Source of the DNA: Rhodothermales bacterium
GTDB taxonomy: Bacteria; Bacteroidota; Rhodothermia; Rhodothermales; Bin80
Length of the DNA: 64,000 nt
Assembly (NCBI GenBank): GCA_022821875.1
Contig: JAJECV010000006.1
Location: 17,372 to 81,371 of the forward strand
Direction of reading: 5' to 3'
The notes under the pieces were generated by a model. That model did not search any database. It was given only the letters and a program-made list of their open reading frames with translations, and was not told where the DNA came from. Every line of letters starts with the position of its first letter. Position 1 is the first letter of the stretch. Made by a program: the position numbers and the translations under genes. Below, piece by piece: positions 10,101-19,283 of the stretch.

Positions 10101-10257
10101 GTATCTGGTTTATCGCAACGAGACCTGGGGGGCCGCCGATTCCGGTGTGGTTGATCAGGTGCTGGAGGACAAAGCATACATTGATATGCCAAATCAAAGT
10201 TTTCTCACCTTCCTGGATCCGAGGGATATTTTCTGGGGCATCCGGCTGTCCTTTTAG
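7132..10257 (+). CDS. TonB-dependent receptor-like outer-membrane protein with an N-terminal carboxypeptidase-regulatory-like domain
   Basis: Has a signal peptide, a CarboxypepD_reg-like segment (GKIAGQVTDESGEGLPGVNIFI...GYYTILNVSPGTYTIRSSFIGF) and a plug-like region. The long beta-rich body ends in an aromatic residue (...GIRLSF). Confidence 0.85.
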   Translation: MRILYILGLIVVWSAGNVFAQSGKIAGQVTDESGEGLPGVNIFIPSTLQGATSDLDGYYTILNVSPGTYTIRSSFIGFASQVVEGVRVNIEQTTTVNFQLMEDAVGLEEMVVTAELPVVQADVSNSQLNVSSDQIEALPVSSVNSVVGLQAGIQGLSVRGSGSDELSFMVNGLTLRDERNNAPYTSISLSSVEEVQVQTGGFNAEYGNVRSGVVNVVTKEGDRNRYSGNAIFRYSAPAQKHFGPRADDPDSYWIRPFIDSDVAWAGTEAGGWDEFTQGQYPRFEGWIAIAEERLKDDDPANDMTPEALQQAFLWQHRKAMEVVKPDYNVDVGFGGPVPYLGQNWAGLRFYASFRADQSMYLIPLNSDRYQEWSGHVKVTADIIPGMKVTFEQLRGRITGTSTSRAGQPGIFRSSSSIAGQLSRVSFIDARIYSTDYWTPTEVNNSMSGLKLTHTLSNSTFYEIRVNIFRSKYDTNPGRLRDESPVVQFGGVGFDEAPFGFQPRPTFGVDGMRTGVGMSNARDTSIVTAYNIKGDLTSQLNRFLQIKTGVEYNLSDSKVNYGRYDAFLPSSNSHSRWDRTPVRGAAYAQGKLEFSGMIANLGLRLDYFNAGGDWYEFEPFNAAFSARFAPGIDTLLTQEPTRHIFALSPRMGVSFPITEYSKLYFNYGHFRSLPDPNNLFLLREFTETGQISRVADPNNPLPKTVAYELGYEQSLFDQLLIRMAGYYKDVSLQPYLTEYISRDGQVNYTISEPNSFEDIRGFEFTLSRNRGRWIQGFVNYTYMVFTSGYFSLRRNFENPTAQREFAESDAERRRASSRPQPRPYARLNLDFLTPADFGPRIGSYAILGDWRISVIGNWQQGAKYTWTGGGAVPGVINNVSFLDYWNANLRFTKNIVIAGRRAQLFVDIFNVLNTRRLSFNGFIDGNDQLSYLRSLHLPESEDYQTNIPGDDKIGAYRKYSVAYQPMLRIPTRESVTAPHEGVIYWEYETRQYLVYRNETWGAADSGVVDQVLEDKAYIDMPNQSFLTFLDPRDIFWGIRLSF

Positions 10258-10260
10258 ACC

Positions 10261-12384
10261 ATGACGCAATCCATCACAACATGGCTTTTCCGGTGCTTTG
10301 CGCTGTGGATTTTCCTCATGTTTTCCGTTTCCGGTTTTCCTGTTCAGGCGCAGTTCGTCAATAAATGGCTGTCAGCAGGCTCCATGCATAACTGGTACTC
10401 GGAAGTGGGGAGTGAGTGTGAGGTATGCGGATTTGTGGGGGAACAGCAGGATGGACTTCGCTGGCCCGGAATTTACCGGTTTACGGACATGCAGGCGGCC
10501 AAAGCACTGTGGATCGGTGCCGTGAATGTAACGGATGCTATCGGAACGAATTACCCCTATCGGGTGGTGCATGTCGGGCCGCGCGTATCCGGCGGCGGAG
10601 AGTTTTTTCCGGTCCGCTTTGAACTGATCAGCCGCCTGCCTCCAACGGCGGTGTTAGTGGACGGGGCCATTACCGAGCCGGAGGCCGCCATGGTCACCGA
10701 GTACAGTGATCCGTCCATTCCCGCGGATGTGATGATTATGAACGAGGCCAATACGCTTTTGGGGATCACAATGGAGCGAAAAATTCTCCAGTTTACCCAG
10801 GAGTATCACGATAACTATCATATCCTTGAATACACGTTTACAAATACGGGGAATACCGATGATGATTCCGAGATTGAACTTCCCAACCAGACACTGGAGG
10901 GCGTGTATTTCTTTTTTCAGTGGCGGCTTTCGGTGGCCAAGGAAACCCGGTATGTGATTGGCAACGGTACAAGCTGGGGGCTGAATGCCATGCTGGATAC
11001 CCGGGGGGACGGCGTGAAGGAGGATCCTCCCGGCGAGGATTTTCGGGCCCAGTTTGTATGGCACGGCAAGTTCCCCCCCTTCAGCACCTATGACAATATT
11101 GGCGGACCGATTCTGCCGGATGCACTGCCGGCCCTGAACATAGCGCCTACGGACACCACCGGCCGATTGGGTGCATCCCAGTTTGTAGGAGTCGTCACTC
11201 TGCATGCAGACACCTCGCCTTCGGATCAGACCGATGATGCGAGTCAGCCGAGCACGACCTCCTGGATCGGCTCCGATGACCCCTACACATCCCAGAATGA
11301 TGCTTTCAATCCAACGAAAATGGAGGTTGAGTATGCGGTGATGTCGGCGGGGCATAAATCCCCGCGTCATGCGGATGTGGTGGAGCCATCGGGACTTCCG
11401 GGCTTTCTGGATCCAACGGGGGACCCGAGTCTTGGCACGCCAGGGGGATTTTCGAATGCGAACGGGTACGGTCCCTACACATTGGCCCCTGGGGAAAGTG
11501 TCCGAATTGTCGTTGCAGAGGGTGCATCTGGCCTGAGCCGGGAAGCAAATTCAGCGATTGGCCGTGCCTATAAGGACTCCGGTGCGAATAACAGTACCGA
11601 GATTACGTTGGATGTTCATGGCCAGTCCCATACGATGACCAAGAATGAGTGGGTATTTACGGGGCGGGATTCATTATTCCAGACATTTCGGCGGGCGATT
11701 GCCAATTATGAATCAGGGTATACGATTCCCCGTGCGCCGGCACCCCCAGGCATCTTTGAGGTGGATGGGGGCGGGGATCGGATTCAGTTGACCTGGGCAC
11801 CGCACAGCACAGAACCGGTTCCGGATCGCTGGGAGGTTTATCGTGCACAGGGCCGTTTTGATAGCACCTACACCCTGGTTCACACGGCTTCAGGTGGAGA
11901 CACGAGTTTTGATGATACCACGCCGATTCGCGGCATTGACTATTACTATTATCTGGTTGCAGTACAGAATGCCAGCCAGAATGATGGCACGGGGCTTACT
12001 CCGCCGGGACGGGAATTACGAAGTTCCCGGTATGCCACCCAGACCTATACTCCGACTCGATTAAAACGACCGGCGGGCGAGTCATTGTCGGATATCCGGA
12101 TTGTCCCGAACCCGTTCAATATTGGATCCAGCCCGTTTGTACGGTTCCCGGATCAAACGGATAAGTTGGCGTTTTTTAATATCCCCGGCCGCTGTACGAT
12201 TGTGATTTACACAGATTTGGGCGAGCTCGTGGATGAGATTGAGCACACTGACGGGAGCGGGGATGAGTTCTGGGATCATACCACCTCATCCCGTCAGGTT
12301 GTATCCAGCGGTGTCTACATTGCCGTCATCACCGATCTGGATACGGGGGAGAGGATCATCAAGAAATTTGTCATTATCCGCTAA
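10261..12384 (+). CDS. Secreted protein with an FN3-like domain and a T9SS-type C-terminal sorting domain
   Basis: Has a signal peptide (FLMFSVSGFPVQAQ) and an FN3-like segment (IQLTWAPHS...WEVYRA...YYYYLVAVQ). The C-terminal IRIVPNPFN...CTIVIYTDLGELV...SSGVYIAVI...KKFVIIR resembles the Por secretion tail. It starts 3 nt after the upstream gene. Confidence 0.6.
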   Translation: MTQSITTWLFRCFALWIFLMFSVSGFPVQAQFVNKWLSAGSMHNWYSEVGSECEVCGFVGEQQDGLRWPGIYRFTDMQAAKALWIGAVNVTDAIGTNYPYRVVHVGPRVSGGGEFFPVRFELISRLPPTAVLVDGAITEPEAAMVTEYSDPSIPADVMIMNEANTLLGITMERKILQFTQEYHDNYHILEYTFTNTGNTDDDSEIELPNQTLEGVYFFFQWRLSVAKETRYVIGNGTSWGLNAMLDTRGDGVKEDPPGEDFRAQFVWHGKFPPFSTYDNIGGPILPDALPALNIAPTDTTGRLGASQFVGVVTLHADTSPSDQTDDASQPSTTSWIGSDDPYTSQNDAFNPTKMEVEYAVMSAGHKSPRHADVVEPSGLPGFLDPTGDPSLGTPGGFSNANGYGPYTLAPGESVRIVVAEGASGLSREANSAIGRAYKDSGANNSTEITLDVHGQSHTMTKNEWVFTGRDSLFQTFRRAIANYESGYTIPRAPAPPGIFEVDGGGDRIQLTWAPHSTEPVPDRWEVYRAQGRFDSTYTLVHTASGGDTSFDDTTPIRGIDYYYYLVAVQNASQNDGTGLTPPGRELRSSRYATQTYTPTRLKRPAGESLSDIRIVPNPFNIGSSPFVRFPDQTDKLAFFNIPGRCTIVIYTDLGELVDEIEHTDGSGDEFWDHTTSSRQVVSSGVYIAVITDLDTGERIIKKFVIIR

Positions 12385-12390
12385 GGTCTT

Positions 12391-13395
12391 ATGAAGCGCT
12401 GGGCTGCCATATTGATTCTCTTGCCTCTTTTGACGGCGCTGCCTGTGTCTGCACAGCAGGAAAAGCTTGCGCAGACTACCATGAAATTTTTGTCGGTGTC
12501 GGTGAGTCCCCGTGCCGCAGCGCTTGGAGACGCGCTCACGGCGATTGACCATGGATCTGCCTCGCTCTTCTATAATCCGAGCGGAATGGCCTGGCAGGAG
12601 AGTAATCTAGATGTAGCTCTTGGGCAGATGCAGTGGATTGCGGAGATCAATTACTCAATGGGAAGTCTCTCTTTCCGTCCGGGCAGCGGTCGTCTGGGGG
12701 TACTCGGCTTTTCATTTGTGATGGTGGATTATGGGGAGCTGGAGGAAACGATCCGTTTTGATAATGAGCAGGGATTTCTGGATGTCGGGAATTTCTCGCC
12801 ATCGGCATGGAGTTTTGGGGTTGGGTATGCACGGAAGTTCTCGGACCGCTTCTCGGTAGGCGGGCATGTTAAGTGGGCAAACCAGTATCTGGCAAACTCG
12901 GTGTCTGCCATTGATGATGCGGGAGAGTACACGCGTGAGAAGGTGGAGGAGGGGGTATTGGCCTATGATTTTGGGGTGCTGTATAAAACGGGATTCCGGA
13001 GTTTGAATTTTGCGGTCAGTGCCCGCAATTTTGCTCCGGAGATTACGTTCAGCGAAGAGAGTGTTGCATTGCCGTTGACGCTCAATATCGGGGTTTCTAT
13101 GGATATGATGGATGTGATCATGCAGGGATCCAATATGCACCAGTTATTACTCTCGGTGGATGCGGCGAACCCGCGTGATTTTTCGGAGCAGATCAAGGCC
13201 GGTATGGAATATGTTTTTCTGAACACCTTTATTCTCAGGGCAGGGTATGCGTTTCCAACGGATGAACAGGGATTTAGTGTTGGCTTAGGATTGAAGCAGT
13301 CTCTCCGGCGGTTCGGGTTCGGGGCAGACTATTCCTATACTGATTTTGGAATTTTATCAAATGTACAACGTCTTGCTATACGATTATCGCTGTAG
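12391..13395 (+). CDS. PorV/PorQ-family outer-membrane beta-barrel protein
   Basis: Has a signal peptide and then the family-typical N-terminus: MKFLSVSVSPRAAALGDALTAIDHGSASLFYNPSGMAW. The rest shows alternating beta-strand character. Confidence 0.75.
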   Translation: MKRWAAILILLPLLTALPVSAQQEKLAQTTMKFLSVSVSPRAAALGDALTAIDHGSASLFYNPSGMAWQESNLDVALGQMQWIAEINYSMGSLSFRPGSGRLGVLGFSFVMVDYGELEETIRFDNEQGFLDVGNFSPSAWSFGVGYARKFSDRFSVGGHVKWANQYLANSVSAIDDAGEYTREKVEEGVLAYDFGVLYKTGFRSLNFAVSARNFAPEITFSEESVALPLTLNIGVSMDMMDVIMQGSNMHQLLLSVDAANPRDFSEQIKAGMEYVFLNTFILRAGYAFPTDEQGFSVGLGLKQSLRRFGFGADYSYTDFGILSNVQRLAIRLSL

Positions 13396-14563
13396 GGCGG
13401 GGCGTTGGTCTCCGCTGATTTTAGCACTGCCGGTGTGCTTCGTGCTGCTTTTGGGTTGCGACGCTGGCACTGCGCCAAGTATTTACGATCCAGATCGCGG
13501 CAGTTTGCCGGATCCGGTCATTGAGTCGGTTGCGCCGGAGGGGCGGGCTTTGGCCGGGGTGGATATCGTGACGCTCACGGGGCAGAATTTCTCCAATGAA
13601 GTCACGGACAATCTGGTCTATTTCGGGGATGCCCGTGCGGATGTGGTGGAAGCCTCGGGCACGCAGCTCCGGGTTGCCGCTCCGAATACTCCCCTGCCGG
13701 AACTGGAGATTCGGGCGGCGGTGATCGGGGCGGAGAATTTCAGTAATCGTGTGTCTTATGGGCTTGACCCGCCGTTTGTTAAATTTGGCGATGTGAAAGA
13801 TTTTGAGGATATCTTCGGGATTACGACCGATCCGGCGGGGAATCTGTATGTATCTCTGTTGGCGTTTAGTCTTCCGGTCGGGATTATCCGTATCTCTGCT
13901 GAGGGAGAGCGGAGCGATTATATTACCCCATCCACCTTCGTCTGGGTCGACATGGAGTTTGGGGCAGACGATTATCTGTACGCGGTCCGATCTGTGCGGG
14001 CGATATTCCGGTTTGCGGGAAGCGGGGCAAGTCCCGAAGTGTTCGCGGTCATTCCCACCAGTACGGTCCGGTTAAATACCCTGACGATTGACTCTGATGG
14101 ACGAATATGGGTCGCGGGGGATAACACGGAGATTTACAGTGTCACGCCGGACGGAGACATCAACAGTTATGCGTTTGAGGCGGATGTTCGAGACATTGCC
14201 TTGTTTGGTAATCACCTGTATGTGGCGGGAACGCAGGGGGATCTAAGCGGGGTATGGCGTTTCGGAATGGACTCCAATCATACCCTTCGGGAACCTGAGA
14301 TGTTTTTCGATGTTACCACCTTTAATGGCGCAACGGCGTATGCCTTGGAGTTTTCCGCAGCCGGGCAATTGCTCGTTGGGACAGATGCTGCCGATCCCGT
14401 GATTGTGGTGGATTCTGAAGGGACGGGCCAGGTATTGTATCCTGGAGTTTTTGAGCAATCTGTCCGGCAGTTTTCATGGGGATTGGATTTGCAGCTTTAT
14501 GCAGCGACCAGTTCAACCGAAACTGCTGATGCCGGCATTATACGTATTACAACGCGCGACTGA
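13346..14563 (+). CDS. IPT/TIG-domain lipoprotein with a probable beta-propeller
   Basis: Has a lipobox (VLLLGC) and an IPT/TIG-like segment (PVIESVAPEGRALAGVDIVTLTGQNFS...LVYFGD), followed by repeated blade-like segments. The start is uncertain, since this ORF overlaps the upstream gene by 50 nt. Confidence 0.7.
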   Translation: MEFYQMYNVLLYDYRCRAGRWSPLILALPVCFVLLLGCDAGTAPSIYDPDRGSLPDPVIESVAPEGRALAGVDIVTLTGQNFSNEVTDNLVYFGDARADVVEASGTQLRVAAPNTPLPELEIRAAVIGAENFSNRVSYGLDPPFVKFGDVKDFEDIFGITTDPAGNLYVSLLAFSLPVGIIRISAEGERSDYITPSTFVWVDMEFGADDYLYAVRSVRAIFRFAGSGASPEVFAVIPTSTVRLNTLTIDSDGRIWVAGDNTEIYSVTPDGDINSYAFEADVRDIALFGNHLYVAGTQGDLSGVWRFGMDSNHTLREPEMFFDVTTFNGATAYALEFSAAGQLLVGTDAADPVIVVDSEGTGQVLYPGVFEQSVRQFSWGLDLQLYAATSSTETADAGIIRITTRD

Positions 14564-14640
14564 GCTATGGGGAATTTTTCTTTTGGCTTGAGGAGCATTA
14601 TCTTTACACACGTAATCTCTTAACAAACTTTCTTTTTACC

Positions 14641-16002
14641 ATGATTCGTAAAACGTTTCTATTCGTATCAATCCTGTTCATCACCGGCACGGTAAGTGCG
14701 CAGAACTGGATTGACCAGGGGCCATTTCCCCCTGATTCATCCTTCACTCTCGCTACTCACGGCCTTGCAGTAGATGGTCAGGGCAAGATTTGGGTTGATC
14801 AGTTCACGCGTACTCCGGCGCTTGATATGAAAGGCGATACACTGCGGGATGCAAACGGGAAATCTTTTTTGTCTGGTCCAATTTGGGTTTACAATCCAGA
14901 TGGGACTTTGGCAATGGAGCCCATTCACATTATTGGGGAAGATACTCTGGGCACCTTCGGGGTAGGTGGCTTTGTCGGAGGAATCAAAACCGATCACGAG
15001 GGCAATATAATTGTCGCGATTCGGCAAGGTGGGGTTGGTGGCATTTTATATCGGTTTGATCAGAATGACAAGACCGGGATCCCAAAGGATAAGCTCGTAT
15101 CCGAGGATTATTCTCATGCCTCACCCGGGATTGATGGGAAGGGTAATATTTATATTGCCAATGTAGGTGCCTCGGGAAGTGGTATATTTCAGGTCGTACC
15201 CAGTTTCGGTTTTGGGGGGCAAATTGTCACGGAGAACCTTAAGTGGGGGATTGGCCGCAGCTTAGAAGTATCCGCTGACGGGAATGCTGTATACTGGGCG
15301 AATTCGGTTGCAACACAGGCTCCTGGCCTGATTAAGTTCTCTCGTTCCGATGAATTTTCGCCTTACACGACCAATTTCAATCCTCTCGACTCTACGGGGA
15401 TCGTCCATCCAGGACTCACTTCTGAATCCGGTACCCGTCATCCGACCAACGGACTGCTCTATTTTGGGCATGCCAGAGATTGTTGCGGCAGTGCTGCTGA
15501 TTCCGTTAGCCTAACCTTCCTGACGTGGTACGGCCTTGATCCTGCCACGGATGAAATTGCGGATAGTATTCACTTCAATTTGCCTACTGATTACGCTGGT
15601 GAGAACACCCGCGCCATTGCGTTTTCACCTGACGGACTCACCGCTTATCTGGGGATATTTAATAACGGGCAGCCAACCGTTAAAAAGTTCATGCGGGGTA
15701 TGGTCTCCAGCATTGACCGTGATCCAACGGAAATTCCGGACGGGTTTACCTTATCGCAGAACTATCCGAATCCGTTCAATCCTCAGACCAGTATTGAGTT
15801 TGCAATGAAGGATGCAGGTCTGGCTACACTGAAAGTGTACGATATACTTGGCAGAGAGGTGGCCACACTTGTGGACGAGCATCTGGCTGCCGGTAAGTAT
15901 ACGGCGACCTTTAATGCAACGGATCTCAGTTCGGGCACCTACGTCTATCAATTGAGCACCGCCGGACATCGTCTCAGCGGTACGATGACGCTGGTCAAGT
16001 AA
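14641..16002 (+). CDS. T9SS C-terminal-target-domain protein (propeller-like), paralog A
   Basis: Has a signal peptide (MIRKTFLFVSILFITGTVSAQ) and the C-terminal FTLSQNYPNPFNPQTSIEF...LKVYDILGREVATLV...GTYVYQL sorting domain. Confidence 0.8.
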   Translation: MIRKTFLFVSILFITGTVSAQNWIDQGPFPPDSSFTLATHGLAVDGQGKIWVDQFTRTPALDMKGDTLRDANGKSFLSGPIWVYNPDGTLAMEPIHIIGEDTLGTFGVGGFVGGIKTDHEGNIIVAIRQGGVGGILYRFDQNDKTGIPKDKLVSEDYSHASPGIDGKGNIYIANVGASGSGIFQVVPSFGFGGQIVTENLKWGIGRSLEVSADGNAVYWANSVATQAPGLIKFSRSDEFSPYTTNFNPLDSTGIVHPGLTSESGTRHPTNGLLYFGHARDCCGSAADSVSLTFLTWYGLDPATDEIADSIHFNLPTDYAGENTRAIAFSPDGLTAYLGIFNNGQPTVKKFMRGMVSSIDRDPTEIPDGFTLSQNYPNPFNPQTSIEFAMKDAGLATLKVYDILGREVATLVDEHLAAGKYTATFNATDLSSGTYVYQLSTAGHRLSGTMTLVK

Positions 16003-16026
16003 TCCTTTGCTGAAATTTACATGAAA

Positions 16027-16065
16027 GGGGATCCCCAGGTGTGAGTGAGGGGATCCCCTTTTTTT
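16027..16065 (+). terminator. Rho-independent terminator
   Basis: Stem ggggatcccc (16027-16036), a 12-nt loop, ggggatcccc (16049-16058), then a T7 run (16059-16065). It lies 25 nt after the stop of paralog A. Confidence 0.75.
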
Positions 16066-16365
16066 GTATCTTTGAGCCATGACTCACAAGTTTTTCGCAT
16101 CATGTCCATTTTTCTGATCACTTGCGTCGCAAGTATTCAATCTGGACAGATCCGGCCCCGTTTTCTGTCTCAACCATTTTGGGGATATGAACTCGGGGGT
16201 TCCCGTGGATGTTGAAAAATCCAGGTCTGGACTCCACAATACTTTTCCTAACCATGGATTCTTGTGAGTGGATGAGTTATTTTGTAATTGATGATGTGCC
16301 GGACACTCTTTTTCTGATCTCTGTCCACAAAAATATCGTTAGAACCAACAAGTTCTCTTTTTGCC

Positions 16366-17787
16366 ATGATTCGTAAAACATTCCTATTCGCATCAATCCT
16401 GTTCATCACCGGCACGGTAGGTGCTCAGAATTGGATTGACCAAGGGCCATTCCCTGACTCGACCACCCAATGGAGAGGAGGGCACGGTGTTGCTGTAGAT
16501 GCCGAAAACAAGGTATGGGTGATCCATTACTATCCAGATTTCAGACCTGCGCTTATCGCCGAAGATACATTGAAAAATGCGGAGGGCGGAAACATCCGCT
16601 TAAGTGGTATTGCCGTCTACAATTCGGATGGGACGAAAGCAGAGATTGGCCCAATCCATTCGTTCGTTCACGAAGGTGTCGGGGATACCCTCTTCTGGGA
16701 TGCTGCTGATGGGCTGCGAAAGGATCTTCGCGGGATCAAGGCAGACCATAATGGAGATATTATTGTGGTTCTGGGGGGCAATGCCAGTACAATGTACCGG
16801 CTGAATCATAAAACAGGCGCGGTGATGAACCGGGTTGGAGATTTCAGATTCGGCTCGCCGGCTTCTCCGGGAATTGATGCGGCTGGGAACATCTACGTTG
16901 CCCCTGTAATTGCAGATGCACCGATTTCCATATTTAACAGTGATTTTCGGTGGATCGCTAACGTATCCCTGAATTCACCCGGTATTGGACGAAGTCTGGA
17001 GGTCAGTGCGGACGGAAATACGGTCTACTGGGCTTCTTACACGGAGCGGGGAATCTATAAATATCATCGTGAGGATGAATTCTCGCAGTTCGATTCATTG
17101 GGGCTGATTCATGAGGGGATGATTGTTACCTCCGCTGCACGTCATCCAACTACAGGATACATTTGGCTGGGGCACTCGATCGGGGAAAACGATGCTGTTG
17201 CGGACACGGCCGGTATGTTCGGCCCTGAAAGTGAATTGACCTGGTTTGCGATTGATCCAGATCAGGATGACATGATTGTGGATCAAATTGAGTTTGACTC
17301 TCCCTTTACCTATTGTGGGAGTGGTCTTAACAGAGATGCTCGTGCGGTCGGTTTTTCCCCTGATGGGATTTATGCGTATGTGGGCATCTTTGATGTGATA
17401 CAAGGGCTTGACGCAGCTGGAGATTGTGTATTTCTTGCGGCTGCCCCCAATCGTGGATTTATCTACAAGAAGTTCATGCGGAGCATGGTCACCGGCATTG
17501 ATCGTGATCCGACTGAAATTCCAGATGGATTTACGCTGTCGCAGAATTATCCGAACCCGTTCAATCCGCAGACCAATATTGCGTTTGAGTTGCAGGAGGC
17601 GGGTTTTGCTACACTAAAAGTGTATGATGTACTCGGGAGAGAGGCGGCCACCCTTGTGGATGAGCATCTGGTTGCCGGAAAGTACACGGCGACGTTTAAT
17701 GCCACGGACCTTAGTTCGGGCACCTACGTCTATCAGTTGAACGTTGCCGGACAACGTCTCAGCGGCACAATGACGCTGGTCAGGTAG
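16366..17787 (+). CDS. T9SS C-terminal-target-domain protein (propeller-like), paralog B
   Basis: Of the first 30 residues, 28 are identical to paralog A. The C-terminal ~105 aa are near-identical and include FTLSQNYPNPFNPQT. Confidence 0.8.
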   Translation: MIRKTFLFASILFITGTVGAQNWIDQGPFPDSTTQWRGGHGVAVDAENKVWVIHYYPDFRPALIAEDTLKNAEGGNIRLSGIAVYNSDGTKAEIGPIHSFVHEGVGDTLFWDAADGLRKDLRGIKADHNGDIIVVLGGNASTMYRLNHKTGAVMNRVGDFRFGSPASPGIDAAGNIYVAPVIADAPISIFNSDFRWIANVSLNSPGIGRSLEVSADGNTVYWASYTERGIYKYHREDEFSQFDSLGLIHEGMIVTSAARHPTTGYIWLGHSIGENDAVADTAGMFGPESELTWFAIDPDQDDMIVDQIEFDSPFTYCGSGLNRDARAVGFSPDGIYAYVGIFDVIQGLDAAGDCVFLAAAPNRGFIYKKFMRSMVTGIDRDPTEIPDGFTLSQNYPNPFNPQTNIAFELQEAGFATLKVYDVLGREAATLVDEHLVAGKYTATFNATDLSSGTYVYQLNVAGQRLSGTMTLVR

Positions 17788-18010
17788 TGATCCAGGCGAA
17801 GTACAAAAAAATGAAGTTGTGCTCCATGCCCTTGTATACGATGGATGGACATTTACTCCAATGGAAGAGTTACACCGGTGTTTCAGTCGATAGTGTCTGT
17901 CCAAATACGACAGGCTTCAACTCATTTCAGGGTCGTATAGGCTGCTCAGTGTGAATGTGCCGGGACCAATAGCCGATATATACAATGTCTGGAAGCGTGG
18001 TATTCTTCGC

Positions 18011-18502
18011 TTATTGAAGTCTGTTTTGTTTGGCAGACGATGGACAGCAACTGATAAATGGCAGGATTGATTGCAGGGCAAGTTGCTTGGAACCAATGCT
18101 CTGTACGGACTGTTCTGCATGGTTACTCCCTGCATCGGAAATCCCCGCGAACTGGACATTTCCATCAGGAAGGAAATCCATTAATGCAGAGGTATGGCCC
18201 AAATACCACTCAAGTTGCAGGGTGCCTTCAGGGGTGATTCCAATCTCTGGGTGAGGGATGGAAGCGCCATCTGCAGTGAGGAAAAGCGCCAGTTCACGCA
18301 GTGAATCAAGTTCCATGTCGGGATCGTCGGGGTCACTGTGCGGGGTTATGTCGTGAAGATACCGGAGGCGTTTTACGATTTCCCTGTGATCTGATTGATC
18401 CAGGATCATGAAGATCTCTTCACGGGCCGTCGCCTTTCTGAGTTGAGCGGCAAAATCACCATTTACAGATCGTTTGGGAACTGCAGGGGTAGTTTCAGTC
18501 AT
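18011..18502 (-). CDS. Hypothetical protein
   Basis: A 163-aa ORF with plausible acidic and soluble composition. I recognise no family. Confidence 0.45.
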   Translation of the reverse strand: MTETTPAVPKRSVNGDFAAQLRKATAREEIFMILDQSDHREIVKRLRYLHDITPHSDPDDPDMELDSLRELALFLTADGASIPHPEIGITPEGTLQLEWYLGHTSALMDFLPDGNVQFAGISDAGSNHAEQSVQSIGSKQLALQSILPFISCCPSSAKQNRLQ

Positions 18503-18533
18503 CGCAGGGGGCGGGAATTTTTAATGGAGTCCG

Positions 18534-18737
18534 TTATTGATCCGTTATGTGGGCGGAAATGTCCTTGAAAACTTTTTTGATCGCCGGATCAAGTATGCGG
18601 TTGGTTGCCTTCTCAACGGAAAAACCAAAGTAGGCAGAGATGACAGCAAGCCCCACCCACATATCAATTTCATCTTGGTCCACCCTAAGGGGGCGTTTGT
18701 CAGGAGTTTGCTCCAGCGGTTGTTTTTTTGGCTTCAT
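18534..18737 (-). CDS. Hypothetical small protein with one possible TM segment
   Basis: A 67-aa ORF lying 32 nt upstream of the 163-aa ORF on the same strand, with a hydrophobic stretch (MWVGLAVISAYFGF). Confidence 0.35.
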   Translation of the reverse strand: MKPKKQPLEQTPDKRPLRVDQDEIDMWVGLAVISAYFGFSVEKATNRILDPAIKKVFKDISAHITDQ

Positions 18738-19283
18738 GTTTCAAATTTGATAATGATTGATCACATAATTCGACTATGCCAAGATCCATTGCACAACCGA
18801 CGTTGCGCAAATCACACTTGAGCAGTCATCTCATCAGGAAGCATTCTCAGAGACTTAACGTATGAAAGCCTGCTACGATAGCTCTCCCCGATTCTGTTCC
18901 GTATATGCACATCGTAATTTGACACTAATAACCCAATTTACGAAAATAGTTGCCCAAAATGACACGTTACTACAAAGAATCGAAGGATAACCCTCATCGG
19001 CAACCACTTCCTCCGCGACCAAATGCCCTCTCTCAGAGACTGCTTTAATCCAAACCTCATCAGCGCCACCTTGGCGTAGGATGTCTTGATGCCGAACGAT
19101 TTCTAATCCAGAGTCTCCTGTAGAGACTTAATAAAATCATCGCTGTCAGGGCACTCGTCTATGTAATACGTCGGTGAATAGGCATCCCGTGAATAATACG
19201 GTTTTATCGTAATCGTTGAGGGTAGACGTTTGAATGAGTGCAGAATTAATCCGGCCATTCTTTGTCATCCATATGGTTGTGCG

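Noticed and set aside
10654-11370. A 238-codon minus-strand ORF
   Set aside because: It is antisense to the 707-aa secreted protein inside a tightly packed plus-strand operon. No motifs are present.
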